A stretch of 64,000 nt of DNA from Bacteroidota bacterium. Its GTDB lineage: Bacteria > Bacteroidota > Bacteroidia > Bacteroidales > WCHB1-69. A program made the translations under genes and the position numbers. The notes beneath the pieces are model-generated. The model did no database searches. It was given only the letters and a program-made list of their open reading frames with translations, and was not told the DNA's origin. Location: NCBI GenBank assembly GCA_019135895.1, contig JAGVVH010000009.1:7189-71188 (forward strand), given 5' to 3'. Of the stretch, positions 46,693 to 57,345 are shown piece by piece (position 1 is the first letter of the stretch; every line of letters begins with the position of its first letter).

Positions 46693-49443
46693 ATGGAAGA
46701 TAATACAACTCCACAACCTCAAGAAGAAAACAATGATTCCCAGATTCTTCCAATCGGTTCGGATGGCACTGACTTACACAATATTGTTCATGTGCAATCC
46801 ATGTTCGAAAATTGGTTTTTAGACTATGCTTCATATGTAATACTTGACAGAGCGCTTCCGGATGTAATGGATGGCTTAAAACCGGTACAAAGACGCATTC
46901 TTCATTCTATGGATGAATTAGAAGATGGGCGTTACAATAAAGCCGCTAACATTATCGGAAATACAATGAAATACCATCCCCACGGAGATCGCTCCATTGG
47001 AGATGCGATGGTTCAGTTAGGACAAAAGCAGCTTGTAATAGATACTCAAGGAAACTGGGGAAATCTTCTGACAGGAGATAGTGCCGCTGCTCCCCGATAC
47101 ATTGAAGCCCGACTTTCAAAATTTGCCCTTGAAGTGGTCTTCAACCATAAAACTACTGATTGGCAAAGGTCTTATGACGGACGAAATAAGGAACCTATTG
47201 TTTTACCTATTAAATTCCCTCTTCTTCTTGCTCAGGGAGTTGAAGGGATTGCTGTCGGTCTTAATACTAAAATATTACCTCATAATTTTAATGAACTTAT
47301 TGATGCCTCAATAGCTATATTAGAGAATAAAGAGTTCGAAATTTTTCCGGATTTTCCTACCGGAGGATTTGTTGATGTCAGCAAATATAATGACGGAATG
47401 AGAGGTGGAAAAATTCGTAATCGTGCCAAAATTACTATTGTTGATAAAAAAATGCTTATTATCAATGAAATTCCCTATGGCACAAATACTACAAAATTGA
47501 TTAAAGATTCAATTACTCCTGCTATTGAAAAAGGAAAATTGAAAATTAAGAAAATTGATGACAATACTGCTGAAAATGTAGAAATTTTACTGCACCTCTA
47601 TCCCGGAGTTTCTCCTGACCAAACTATTGATGCTTTATATGCTTTTACAGATTGTGAAATGTCATATTCTACCAATGCTTGTGTTATTTCTAAAGGAAAA
47701 CCTGCCTTCCTTTCAGTAAAAGATATTCTCAAAATTAATACCGAAAATACGGTATCTCTTCTCAAAAAAGAACTTGAGATATTATTAGGGGAACTGGAAG
47801 AACAATGGCATTGGATTTCTCTGGAAAAGATCTTCTTTGAAAAAAGAATTTATAAAGAACTGGAAAAAGATACAGATTCATGGGAAAATCAGGTTGACAA
47901 CATTGAAATAGCTTTTAATCCTTACCGTCGTATGTTCAGGAGAGAAATAGTGCGTGAAGATATGCTTAAATTGTGCGAGAAACCGGTAAGAAAAATTTCT
48001 AAATTTGATATTAAGAAAGCAGAACAACAAATAGAAGAAATTGAAATAAATATTGAAGAAGTTAAAAATCATCTTGACCATTTAATTGAGTTCGCAATTA
48101 ATTATTTCAGGCAGCTTAAGAAAAAATATGGAAAAGAAAAGGATAGAAAAACTGAAATTAAGAATTTTGACAATATTGTTGCATCAACTGTAGCGGTAGC
48201 GAACCAGAAATTATATGTCAACAAAAAAGAAGGTTTCGTCGGAATGGGCTTAAAAAAAGATGAGGGTGTTGAATTTGCAGGTGATTGTTCAGATATAGAC
48301 GAAATTATAGTATTTGGCGAAAATGGCAAATTTATTGTCAGCAAGGTCAATGACAAGCATTTCTTTGGAAAAAATATTCTTCATGTGGAAGTTTTTAAGA
48401 GAAATGATGACCGTACAATTTACAATATGGTTTATTCCGACGGTCCCAACGGAGCAGCTATGGTCAAAAGATTCGCAATCGGCGGAGTTACACGGGATAA
48501 AGAGTATGATCTTACAAAAGGGAAAAGCGATTCTAAAGTATTGTACTTTACTTCAAATCCTAATGGAGAAGCTGAAAAGGTCAAAGTTTTTCTTAAACCA
48601 AAACCAAAACTTAAAAAGTTACAATTTGAATTTGACTTTTCTCTCTTGGCTATTAAAAACAGAAACTCACAAGGTAATATTCTCACCAGAAATCCTGTTC
48701 GCAAAATAGAATTAAGTGAAAAAGGCATTTCTACCCTTAGTGCTATCAATGTCTATTTTGATTCTTCCGTAATGAGACTTAACAATGAAGAAAGAGGCAA
48801 TCTTCTTGGGGCATTTAAAGAAGACGACAAAATTCTATCTATATATAAATCAGGATACTATAAAATTACAGGTTATGATTTTTCTATCCATTTTGATGAC
48901 AATCTGGAAATAATCGAAAAATTCAACTCTAATCGAATTATCACTACTATTTACTTTAACAAAAAAGAGAATAAATACTTTATAAAGCGTTTTAAAGTTG
49001 AAAATACGGAAAGAAAAATGGATTTCATTCCGGATGACAAAAACATTTCTATTCTTGTGGTTTCTATTGATCATTTGCCAAGAGTCATGATTAAATATAC
49101 CAATAAAAACAGTAAAGATATTCAATCCGAGATTATCTTATGTTCTGATTTTGTTGAAATTATGAATATAAAAGCTCGTGGAAAACGATTAAATTTCAAT
49201 AATATTAAGGAAATTACTCAAATGGAACCTCTTCCATATGAGGATGAAGAAAATCCGGAGGAAACCGACAACTCAAATGATTCCGAAAATAGCAATAGCG
49301 ATTCCACAACGGCTGATGATATCGATTTGTCTTTAGCAAAAGAGATTTTCGAGACAATTGAACCAATTACCCCGCCTGTTGTTAAACAAAAGAATAAAAG
49401 TATAGAGGAAGAAGAAGGAGGAGAGCAATTGACATTATTTTAA
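46693..49443 (+). CDS. parC: DNA topoisomerase IV subunit A (type IIA topoisomerase A subunit, Bacteroidetes long form)
   Basis: YASYVILDRALPDVMDGLKPVQRRIL, HPHGD, and the active-site AAPRYIEARL. It has an acidic Asp/Ser/Asn-rich C-terminal tail. ATG at 46693. ParC versus GyrA was judged from the divergent C-terminal domain only. Confidence 0.8.
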   Translation: MEDNTTPQPQEENNDSQILPIGSDGTDLHNIVHVQSMFENWFLDYASYVILDRALPDVMDGLKPVQRRILHSMDELEDGRYNKAANIIGNTMKYHPHGDRSIGDAMVQLGQKQLVIDTQGNWGNLLTGDSAAAPRYIEARLSKFALEVVFNHKTTDWQRSYDGRNKEPIVLPIKFPLLLAQGVEGIAVGLNTKILPHNFNELIDASIAILENKEFEIFPDFPTGGFVDVSKYNDGMRGGKIRNRAKITIVDKKMLIINEIPYGTNTTKLIKDSITPAIEKGKLKIKKIDDNTAENVEILLHLYPGVSPDQTIDALYAFTDCEMSYSTNACVISKGKPAFLSVKDILKINTENTVSLLKKELEILLGELEEQWHWISLEKIFFEKRIYKELEKDTDSWENQVDNIEIAFNPYRRMFRREIVREDMLKLCEKPVRKISKFDIKKAEQQIEEIEINIEEVKNHLDHLIEFAINYFRQLKKKYGKEKDRKTEIKNFDNIVASTVAVANQKLYVNKKEGFVGMGLKKDEGVEFAGDCSDIDEIIVFGENGKFIVSKVNDKHFFGKNILHVEVFKRNDDRTIYNMVYSDGPNGAAMVKRFAIGGVTRDKEYDLTKGKSDSKVLYFTSNPNGEAEKVKVFLKPKPKLKKLQFEFDFSLLAIKNRNSQGNILTRNPVRKIELSEKGISTLSAINVYFDSSVMRLNNEERGNLLGAFKEDDKILSIYKSGYYKITGYDFSIHFDDNLEIIEKFNSNRIITTIYFNKKENKYFIKRFKVENTERKMDFIPDDKNISILVVSIDHLPRVMIKYTNKNSKDIQSEIILCSDFVEIMNIKARGKRLNFNNIKEITQMEPLPYEDEENPEETDNSNDSENSNSDSTTADDIDLSLAKEIFETIEPITPPVVKQKNKSIEEEEGGEQLTLF

Positions 49444-49453
49444 AAATAAAAAA

Positions 49454-50578
49454 ATGAATAAAATAAAGAGCTTCTCATTACTGGCATTTGTTTTATTCAG
49501 CTATTATTGTGTCATTTTTGTTAGTTGCAAAAAGCCTGAGGAGCCTTATAAACCAACTCCTTATGACTTGCAAATTCCGCAATTCTTTCCAACTCAACTT
49601 AACATACCATCAAATAATCCATTGACTGTTGAAGGAGTTGATCTTGGGGAAAAACTTTTTCATGACAATCGTTTATGTGGATACACCGGAAACAATCCTG
49701 ACTCAATGATGTGTTGTGCTACCTGCCATGTAAAAGCGCATGCTTATGATGTTGGAATGGACAACCCTCGTTTTCCGGAAGGGCGTACATTTGGGCGTTC
49801 CGGCATATATACGCCACACAATCCTATGCCTCTCATGAATTTGGTTTTTAATCATGAAGGATATTTTTGGAATGGGATGATCCATTCAGATAATCCCGAT
49901 CCTAATAGAAGAACTTTGGAAGATGTCGTGACAATGGGAATTTTGGCTCCTCATGAGATGAACAGCACAACTGAAAGAACTGTTGCCGCTATTAAGGGTG
50001 TTAGCTATTATCCATCCTTATTTAAAAATGCTTTTGGAACGGAAGAAATCAATATTGATCGAATTGAAAAAGCTATTGCACAATATATCAGAACATTAAT
50101 TTCTTCAAATTCCAAATTTGATCGCTATATGCGGGGAGAAGAACAGTTGTCCTCTCAAGAATTACAGGGATATATTCTCTTTACGACAGAAGAAGGGGCA
50201 GACTGTTTTCACTGTCATGGTAGTGACGGCAACCCTTTGTTTACGACTAACCTATTTTATAATAATGGAATAGAAAACGTATTTACTGACACCCGAGACA
50301 GGTATTCAGTTTCCGGTGACAGTCAGGATATAGGAGCATACAGAGCGCCGTCTCTGCGTAATATTGAAGTTACTGCCCCTTATATGTACGATGGACGCTA
50401 CAAAACACTAGATGAAGTCCTCGAATTTTACAACACAGGGTTGGTCAATTCTCCATATATCAGCCCTTTAATGCACAAAATTTCTCAAGGTGGGGCATAT
50501 TTAACCCCAACACAAATGGCTAGTTTAAAAGCTTTTCTACTCACCTTGACAGATGAAGAATTTATTTCAGAAAATTAA
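49454..50578 (+). CDS. di-haem cytochrome c peroxidase family lipoprotein
   Basis: Lipobox (FVSC) and two CxxCH haem motifs (CATCH, CFHCH), with a PSLRN stretch typical of the CCP/MauG family. Confidence 0.8.
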   Translation: MNKIKSFSLLAFVLFSYYCVIFVSCKKPEEPYKPTPYDLQIPQFFPTQLNIPSNNPLTVEGVDLGEKLFHDNRLCGYTGNNPDSMMCCATCHVKAHAYDVGMDNPRFPEGRTFGRSGIYTPHNPMPLMNLVFNHEGYFWNGMIHSDNPDPNRRTLEDVVTMGILAPHEMNSTTERTVAAIKGVSYYPSLFKNAFGTEEINIDRIEKAIAQYIRTLISSNSKFDRYMRGEEQLSSQELQGYILFTTEEGADCFHCHGSDGNPLFTTNLFYNNGIENVFTDTRDRYSVSGDSQDIGAYRAPSLRNIEVTAPYMYDGRYKTLDEVLEFYNTGLVNSPYISPLMHKISQGGAYLTPTQMASLKAFLLTLTDEEFISEN

Positions 50579-50589
50579 ATTATCCTATC

Positions 50590-51129
50590 ATGAAAATATA
50601 TACTAAAACAGGCGATCAAGGGGAAACTTCACTGGCAAGTGGAGGCAGAATCAAAAAATGGGATCCCAGACTGGAAGCATACGGTACAGTTGATGAACTG
50701 AACGCTTCAATCGGATTGATCATTTCAGAAGAAAATTTACCCATGTTGACAAGAATTCAAAATCAGCTCTATATCATTGGTGGCATGCTTGCTACAGAGC
50801 CCGAGTCATGGGACCGATATTGGAAAACAGCAGATATAAAAAGGTACATCTCGGAGCTTGAAAACACTATCGATGAATTGTCTTTTGGGTTGCCCTCTTT
50901 GAGAAATTTTATTTTACCACAAGGGTCAAAGGCTATTGCCTATGTTCACCTGAGTAGGACAATTTGCCGAAGGGCCGAAAGAAATGTGTCTCAAATTTCT
51001 GAAGAAAAAGAAATTTATTTATTGCTTTTACAATATCTCAATAGATTGTCTGATTATTTCTTTATTTTAGCAAGATATTTGCATAAAATTCATGACATCC
51101 CAGAAACAAACTGGAAATCAGATAAATAA
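50590..51129 (+). CDS. ATP:cob(I)alamin adenosyltransferase, PduO type
   Basis: N-terminal IYTKTGDQGETSL, followed by R..CRRAER and LNRLSDY(F)F motifs. Confidence 0.85.
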   Translation: MKIYTKTGDQGETSLASGGRIKKWDPRLEAYGTVDELNASIGLIISEENLPMLTRIQNQLYIIGGMLATEPESWDRYWKTADIKRYISELENTIDELSFGLPSLRNFILPQGSKAIAYVHLSRTICRRAERNVSQISEEKEIYLLLLQYLNRLSDYFFILARYLHKIHDIPETNWKSDK

Positions 51130-51166
51130 AATTATAGAAAAAAGTTGCCAATACTATATTTTAATT

Positions 51167-51174
51167 TATATTTG
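51167..51174 (+). promoter_or_regulatory. -7 element for the DUF2795-like gene
   Basis: TATATTTG, 36 nt upstream of the ATG at 51211. Confidence 0.5.
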
Positions 51175-51210
51175 CACCCCAAAAAATAAGCCTTATCAAG
51201 ATATTATAAT

Positions 51211-51432
51211 ATGTATTGGACATTAGAGTTAGCCTCAAAATTAGAAGATGCCCCTTGGCCGGCAACAAAAGACGAGTTGATAGACTATGCTTTTCGTTCG
51301 GGTGCCCCAATGGAAATCATTGAAAATCTCAGGGAAATTGAAGATGAAGGTGAAATTTATGATTGTATTGAAGATCTTTGGCCTGATTATCCAACAAAAG
51401 AAGATTTCTTTTGGCATGAAGAGGAGTATTGA
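51211..51432 (+). CDS. DUF2795-like small acidic protein
   Basis: 73 aa. The WPATKDELIDYA...GAP..IIENL pattern resembles DUF2795. It has its own TAnnTTTG motif and a terminator. Confidence 0.55.
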   Translation: MYWTLELASKLEDAPWPATKDELIDYAFRSGAPMEIIENLREIEDEGEIYDCIEDLWPDYPTKEDFFWHEEEY

Positions 51433-51435
51433 AAT

Positions 51436-51470
51436 AAAAAAAAGTCCCGAAATCTCGGGACTTTTTTTTT
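51436..51470. terminator. bidirectional terminator between the DUF2795-like (+) and ridA (-) genes
   Basis: Stem AGTCCCGA / TCGGGACT (51443-51450 and 51455-51462) with loop AATC. It is flanked by an A7 run and a T9 run that extend the helix. Confidence 0.85.
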
Positions 51471-51472
51471 TA

Positions 51473-51850
51473 TTATTTGATTGCAATAGTTTCAATCTCC
51501 ACAAAAACACCCATAGGAAGTTCTTTCACTGCAAATGCAGCTCTTGCAGGGGGATTCTCAACATAATATTTTCCATAGATTTCATTCATCGGCTTAAAAT
51601 TGCTCATATCACTCAACAAACAAGTTGACTTTACAACATCAGAAAATGAATATCCTGAAGCTTTCAATATTTGTCCAATATTCTGCATAACCTGTTCCGT
51701 TTGTTCAATGATTCCGCCCTCTACAACTTTTCCGGTTTCGGGATTAATCGGAATTTGTCCGGAAATATATAATATTCCATTAATTTCGATAGCTTGGCTG
51801 TATGGTCCGATTGCTTTCGGAGCATGTTCAGTTTGAATTACTTTTTTCAT
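51473..51850 (-). CDS. ridA: RidA-family reactive-intermediate deaminase
   Basis: 125 aa. AP.AIGPYSQA, and PAR..F.V..LP.G..VEIE at the C-terminus. Confidence 0.85.
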   Translation of the reverse strand: MKKVIQTEHAPKAIGPYSQAIEINGILYISGQIPINPETGKVVEGGIIEQTEQVMQNIGQILKASGYSFSDVVKSTCLLSDMSNFKPMNEIYGKYYVENPPARAAFAVKELPMGVFVEIETIAIK

Positions 51851-51870
51851 AATACAAATATTTTAAATTG

Positions 51871-53130
51871 TTATTTTAATACTTTCTTCTCAATTTTATA
51901 GCCAATGGTTGCAAAGAAAAGCAAATAAGCATAAGAAACAAAAAGAATCGCATAAGCCTGTTGTGGGTTATACAAATCAGAGAGTTTTCCGTAAATTAAA
52001 GGCAATACAGCGCCCCCTGCGATTGCCATAATAAGAAATGCAGACCCTAACTTAGTATGTATTCCCAAATCACGAATGGAAAGAGGCCAAATAGCAGGCC
52101 ACATGATGGCATGAGCAAAACTAAGACAAATAATGGCAACAATGGAAATAAATCCGGAAGTAGTCAAGGCAACAACTACCAGCACAATTGCCAAGAATAC
52201 CTGAATAATCAAAGCCAATCGTTGGGAAATAAATTTAGGTATCATCAATATACCAAGTAAATATCCCACAACCAAAGCAATGAGAGCAAGAACACTGAAG
52301 TTTTTAGCCACTGATATTGGAATATGGTTATAGTCGCCATATCTAACTAAATAGTCAATCGATATTACTTCTGCGCCAACATAAAAGAAAATGGCCAATA
52401 TACCAAACCAAAGATAGGGATATGAAAATATAGATTTATGAGATTTTGAATGATCGGCCTCATTTTTTTCTTCTTCAACTTCAGGAAGTTTTGCTGCCTT
52501 AATAAAGAGAACCAAAGAAATTAAAATAGTGGCCATAATAAGATATGGAACAATAACTCTATTGGATAAATCTTGCAGAATAGCCTCTCTTTCAATCAAA
52601 TCAGTAATATCTGGAAGAGAATTTACAAGTTCAATAGTGCCGGAAAAAATTACTGAATAGAGTACCAACACCCCAATCATTCCGGCAACTTTATTGCATA
52701 TTCCCATAATACTCATTCTGCGTGCAGCAGACTCTACTGGGCCTATAATAGTGACATAGGGATTTGCAGCAGTCTGAAGTAATGACAACCCGATTCCCTG
52801 AACGAACAATCCGGACAGAAAAAAATTATAATTCCTGTTTAATGCAGCCGGGACAAAAATCAGCGAACCGATAGCCATAATGATTAACCCTAAGGCCATT
52901 CCATTAGTAAAACCAGTCTTCTTCAAAACCAACGAAGAAGGTATTGCCGTAACAAAATATGAAATATAAAAAGCAAAAGGTATGAAGGATGATTGAAAAT
53001 CAGTCAGTTCACAAGCAGTTTTTAAAAATGGGATTAAAATACTATTTAACCAGGTAACAAAACCAAAAACAAAGAACAAGCTCCCGATTACAAAAATGCT
53101 GAATGAATTGTTATTTTTCTTTTCCATCAT
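51871..53130 (-). CDS. MFS sugar transporter (FucP / glucose-galactose transporter family)
   Basis: 419 aa with 12 TM helices. The N-terminus (FFVFGFVTWLNSILIPFLK) is typical of the FucP/GluP subfamily. Confidence 0.7.
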   Translation of the reverse strand: MMEKKNNNSFSIFVIGSLFFVFGFVTWLNSILIPFLKTACELTDFQSSFIPFAFYISYFVTAIPSSLVLKKTGFTNGMALGLIIMAIGSLIFVPAALNRNYNFFLSGLFVQGIGLSLLQTAANPYVTIIGPVESAARRMSIMGICNKVAGMIGVLVLYSVIFSGTIELVNSLPDITDLIEREAILQDLSNRVIVPYLIMATILISLVLFIKAAKLPEVEEEKNEADHSKSHKSIFSYPYLWFGILAIFFYVGAEVISIDYLVRYGDYNHIPISVAKNFSVLALIALVVGYLLGILMIPKFISQRLALIIQVFLAIVLVVVALTTSGFISIVAIICLSFAHAIMWPAIWPLSIRDLGIHTKLGSAFLIMAIAGGAVLPLIYGKLSDLYNPQQAYAILFVSYAYLLFFATIGYKIEKKVLK

Positions 53131-53206
53131 GACTAGTATTTATAAATATAGCGGCAAAAATAGCAAAAAAGCAATTATCAAAAAATTCTAAATAAATAAA
53201 ATAGCC

Positions 53207-53971
53207 TTATTTTAGTAAAGAAATTGAATATTGATACATCACGATAGCTGCTGCAACCGAAGCATTCAAAGACTCAGCCTTTTGCCCTTGAACAATGGGG
53301 GAAGGAATATGAATTCTTTTATTAATAAAAGGTTTATTTTCTTCAGAAATTCCTGTTGATTCATTGCCGATTACAATAATCGCATCAGAAGGGAATAATG
53401 ATTCCGCAATATTCGTTCCTTCCATAAAAGTACCGAAGACATTATTATTATCTTTTCTGGCTTTAAAAAAAGAGGGAAGATTTGTATAGAATATTTTAGT
53501 ACGACAAAAAGAGCCCATAGTTGCCTGAATAGTCTTCGGATTTGTATATTCAACAGTAGTCTCGGAACAAAGAATCTGCCGAAAACCAAACCATTCAGCT
53601 GTTCGGATAATTGTACCCATATTACCCGGATCACGAATATCATCTAACACTAACAATGGCAATTTATCATCAATATCATCGATGGAAAAGTGTGGGGCAA
53701 AAACGACAGCCAACACTTCCTGAGGAGTTTTTAAATTGCTCATTCGCTCCATTTCCGAACAAGAAGCGATAAAAATATTAATCTTATCTGAAATTAAATC
53801 TTCATGTTCTTCAATCCACTTCTCGGAAGCATACAACTCTTTAATTTTCATTGAAGAATTAAGCAGCTCACAAACAGATTTAGTTCCTTCAACAATAAAA
53901 ATGGAGAGTTGATCTCTTACTTTTTTTTGATGAAGTTGACGCACTTCAAAAATTTTATTTTTAGCAATCAT
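53207..53971 (-). CDS. TrmH/SpoU-family RNA 2'-O-methyltransferase
   Basis: DIRDPGNMGTIIRTA, GNESTGIS and ESLNASVAAAI motifs. Confidence 0.75.
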   Translation of the reverse strand: MIAKNKIFEVRQLHQKKVRDQLSIFIVEGTKSVCELLNSSMKIKELYASEKWIEEHEDLISDKINIFIASCSEMERMSNLKTPQEVLAVVFAPHFSIDDIDDKLPLLVLDDIRDPGNMGTIIRTAEWFGFRQILCSETTVEYTNPKTIQATMGSFCRTKIFYTNLPSFFKARKDNNNVFGTFMEGTNIAESLFPSDAIIVIGNESTGISEENKPFINKRIHIPSPIVQGQKAESLNASVAAAIVMYQYSISLLK

Positions 53972-53973
53972 CG

Positions 53974-55575
53974 TTAAAGGCTATCTTGTGTAATTTGGCT
54001 AATATCTCTATGTTCCGGATAATCAAGAGAATAATGCAGTCCTCTGCTTTCATGGCGGTTAAGTGCATGCTTAATAATAAGGTACCCCACATTTATTAGA
54101 TTTCTCAATTCGCAGATTTCAGGATTCAATATCGATTTTTTATACAGTTCCTCTGTCTCAAGATACAAAATATTAAGCCTTCCCAAAGCCCTCTTTAGTC
54201 GCAAATTTGATCTTACGATGCCAACATAATTTGACATTATGGTTTGCAGTTCCTTCTTAGTTGTGGTAATGAGCACCATTTCTTCGTTTAATACTGTCCC
54301 TTCAGAATTCCATTCAGGGACTTCTTTACAAATGGCAATAGAATTAAAATTCTCCACAGCTTTAAGACAACTTCGATGAGAAAAAACCAATGCTTCCAAA
54401 AGAGAATTAGAGGCAAGGCGGTTGGCTCCATGAAGTCCCGTTGAAGCACATTCTCCTGAAGCAAAAAGATTTGCGATTGAAGTTTGTCCCCATTCATCTG
54501 TCTTAATTCCCCCACAAGAATAATGTGCTGCAGGCACAACAGGGATCATATCTTTCGTAATATCTATCCCGATGCTGAGACATTTTGCATAAATATTGGG
54601 GAAATGTTCAAAAATTTCTGCTTTATCTATCAAAGTAGTATCTAAATAAACATATTCACAGCCGGTCACTTTCATCTCATTATCAATAGCCCTGGCAACT
54701 ATATCTCGCGGAGCAAGTGAGCCTCTTTGATCATATTTATGCATAAAGGGTTCTTTTTTCCAATCTTTAAGAATTGCTCCGGCACCTCTCATTGCTTCGG
54801 TTATCAAAAAAGAAGGAGTTTCCTTTGGATTATAGAGAGATGTGGGATGAAACTGAACAAATTCCATTCCGCTAACCACTCCCTTTGCTCTATAGACCAT
54901 GGCGATTCCGTCTCCGGTAGCGATTAGGGGATTAGTAGTATTACCATATACGTTGCCTATTCCTCCTGTTGACATCATAGTAACTTTGGAGAGAATAGTA
55001 TCAACCTCTTGAGAAGCGGGATTATAAACATAAGCTCCGTAACAAGTGATGCCGGATGTACGCCGATTAACCTCAATGCCTAAATGATGCTGCGTAATAA
55101 TTTCAACGGCAAGTTGTTGTTCCAGAATTTCAATATTATCATGATTTAATACAGCTTGGATGAGTTTCTGTTCTATTTCCAGGCCGGTAATATCTTTATG
55201 ATGAAGTACCCTAAACTCAGAATGACCGCCTTCTTTAGCGAGTGAAAATTTCCCCGATTTTGTTTTGTCAAAATCAACCCCCCACTCTACCAATTCCATC
55301 ACTCTGGATGTTGATTCACGGATAGTTATTTCCACAATTTTTCTGTCTGAGAGTTCATCTCCTGCAATCATGGTATCCTGAATGTGCTTTTCGTAAGTGT
55401 CAGGTTGGTAAATAACGGCTGCAATTCCTCCTTGAGCATATTTGGTGGAGGTATCATCAATTTTGGATTTAGTAACCACACAAACTTTCCCGTAATTGGC
55501 TGCTTTTAAAGCAAAACAAAGACCGGCTATACCTGAGCCTATTACCAAAAAATCAACTTCTTTTCTCATAACCAA
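53974..55575 (-). CDS. nadB: L-aspartate oxidase
   Basis: VIGSGIAGL FAD motif, AQGGIAA, FHPT, and GGI.TD....T....L(F)A.GE. Confidence 0.9.
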   Translation of the reverse strand: MVMRKEVDFLVIGSGIAGLCFALKAANYGKVCVVTKSKIDDTSTKYAQGGIAAVIYQPDTYEKHIQDTMIAGDELSDRKIVEITIRESTSRVMELVEWGVDFDKTKSGKFSLAKEGGHSEFRVLHHKDITGLEIEQKLIQAVLNHDNIEILEQQLAVEIITQHHLGIEVNRRTSGITCYGAYVYNPASQEVDTILSKVTMMSTGGIGNVYGNTTNPLIATGDGIAMVYRAKGVVSGMEFVQFHPTSLYNPKETPSFLITEAMRGAGAILKDWKKEPFMHKYDQRGSLAPRDIVARAIDNEMKVTGCEYVYLDTTLIDKAEIFEHFPNIYAKCLSIGIDITKDMIPVVPAAHYSCGGIKTDEWGQTSIANLFASGECASTGLHGANRLASNSLLEALVFSHRSCLKAVENFNSIAICKEVPEWNSEGTVLNEEMVLITTTKKELQTIMSNYVGIVRSNLRLKRALGRLNILYLETEELYKKSILNPEICELRNLINVGYLIIKHALNRHESRGLHYSLDYPEHRDISQITQDSL

Positions 55576-55580
55576 ATATT

Positions 55581-56378
55581 TTAAATATCAAGAATTTTCC
55601 CATCGTTTCTTTTTCTACGACGATCTTCTCTTTTCTTATAACGTTCCTTAGCTTTGCTTACTGATTTTTCATCAAAACGGATTTTTCCTATTGAGGATGA
55701 GACAGCAGCAATATGACTGGCATAACGTTTAACATATGCCGAGGGGTGTCCCGGATTCCTTTTAAGAGGATTTGGATAAGCAGCGACTATCAGTGATGCC
55801 TCTCTGCGGGTAAGATTTTTGGCGGATTTATCAAAATAATGCTGTGCAGCAGCTTCAGCACCATATATGCCATCACCCATCTCTATAACATTTAAATATA
55901 CTTCCATAATTCTCTCCTTGCTCCAGAAAGTTTCAATTAAAAAAGTAAAGTAAACTTCTCCACCTTTTCGCACCCAAGATTGTTTTGGCCATAGAAAAAC
56001 ATTTTTGGCAGTTTGTTGTGAAATTGTACTGGCTCCGCGTTTTCTTCTTCCACTTTCGCGCTCATCAATTGCCTGTTGAATAGCCTCCCAGTCGAACCCT
56101 CGATGCCCAAGAAAATTACGATCTTCTGCTGCCACCGAACAAGAGGGCAAATAGGAAGAAATTTCATCTAAATCATTCCATTTTTTTTCTATCGGACTAC
56201 CATACTGAACTTTTCTTATTACCATTAAGGCTGTCACAGGCGGATTAATCCATCGATATGCAATTGGTAATAGAATACTTAATAGAAAAATACCCAATAC
56301 TATCTTGCCTAATAAGACAAAAAATCTTCTGGAAGAACTTCCTTTTTTACCCTTATTTTTTTTCTTTTTTGAAGCCAT
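55581..56378 (-). CDS. mtgA: monofunctional peptidoglycan glycosyltransferase
   Basis: GT51 motifs AAEDRNFLGHRGFD, GASTISQQ(T)AKN and RKGGE. There is a Lys-rich N-terminus before the TM anchor. I prefer the ATG at 56378. Confidence 0.85.
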   Translation of the reverse strand: MASKKKKNKGKKGSSSRRFFVLLGKIVLGIFLLSILLPIAYRWINPPVTALMVIRKVQYGSPIEKKWNDLDEISSYLPSCSVAAEDRNFLGHRGFDWEAIQQAIDERESGRRKRGASTISQQTAKNVFLWPKQSWVRKGGEVYFTFLIETFWSKERIMEVYLNVIEMGDGIYGAEAAAQHYFDKSAKNLTRREASLIVAAYPNPLKRNPGHPSAYVKRYASHIAAVSSSIGKIRFDEKSVSKAKERYKKREDRRRKRNDGKILDI

Positions 56379-56466
56379 TTTCGCTAATATTTTATCCCGC
56401 AAAAATAGCAATTATTAATGAATAGATATTTCATATTTTATTCTCCTTCTTTGACACTATTTTTTG

Positions 56467-56474
56467 TACTTTTG
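56467..56474 (+). promoter_or_regulatory. -7 element for mreCD
   Basis: TACTTTTG, 28 nt upstream of the ATG at 56503. Confidence 0.5.
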
Positions 56475-56502
56475 CATTCTGTTTGAAAATGAACCATAAT
56501 TC

Positions 56503-57345
56503 ATGAATAATCTTGTTGAATTTATTAAAAAATATTTCCATTATTTATTGTTCATTATTTTACAAATCACATCTATCATTTTAATATATAACAACATAAA
56601 CTATCCACGTTTTGTAATAGCAAAGATATCAAAAACCATCACTACTCCATTTAATTCAGGATGGAATAATTTAACCAGACATTTAAATTTGAATAAGGAA
56701 AATGAATATCTGATGCAGCAGAATATTAAACTGATGAGAGAAACTAAAAATAATTTCATTTTTCAACAAGATTCTTTATTTACTGTTGATTCTATCAATG
56801 ACAGAAGTAAAAAAATTCGACTTTACGACTATACCTATGCAAATGTTATATACAACACAACCAATAAAAAACATAATTATTTAATTCTCGACAAAGGCAG
56901 TAATGACGGGATTACTATTGACATGGCTGTCCTTTCAGCACAAGGGGTTGTAGGTGTTGTTAATGACGTTTCCACCAATTTTTGCACTGTGATGTCATTG
57001 TTGCATCCTGACACCCGAATTAGTGCAAAAGTAATGCCTATTAACCAAATTGGAACTGTAATATGGGAAGAAAACAATCCTGAATATGCCTATTTGAATG
57101 ATATTCCTCAACATTTGAAAGTAAATGTGGGGGACTCTGTTTTTACAAGTGGTTTCTCGAATGTGTTTCCCGAAAATATTCTTATTGGAATAGTTAAAGA
57201 AAAGAATAGTAATCCCAAAAATAGTTTTCTGTCTATAAAAATCAAACTTGCCACAAAGTTCAACAATATTAACAGAGTCTATTTAGTGACTAATTTATAT
57301 AAACAGGAACTTGACAGCCTGAAATCCAACTTAAAAAATGAATAA
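56503..57345 (+). CDS. mreC: rod shape-determining protein MreC
   Basis: 280 aa. N-terminal TM helix, a coiled-coil stretch (ENEYLMQQNIKL), and a beta-domain with GVVG.V. It is followed by an overlapping mreD-like gene. Confidence 0.75.
   Translation: MNNLVEFIKKYFHYLLFIILQITSIILIYNNINYPRFVIAKISKTITTPFNSGWNNLTRHLNLNKENEYLMQQNIKLMRETKNNFIFQQDSLFTVDSINDRSKKIRLYDYTYANVIYNTTNKKHNYLILDKGSNDGITIDMAVLSAQGVVGVVNDVSTNFCTVMSLLHPDTRISAKVMPINQIGTVIWEENNPEYAYLNDIPQHLKVNVGDSVFTSGFSNVFPENILIGIVKEKNSNPKNSFLSIKIKLATKFNNINRVYLVTNLYKQELDSLKSNLKNE

Noticed and set aside
51241-51628. ORFs 51241..51510 (-) and 51287..51628 (+) crossing the DUF2795-like/ridA junction
   Set aside because: Both read straight through a strong bidirectional terminator hairpin and overlap better-supported genes.
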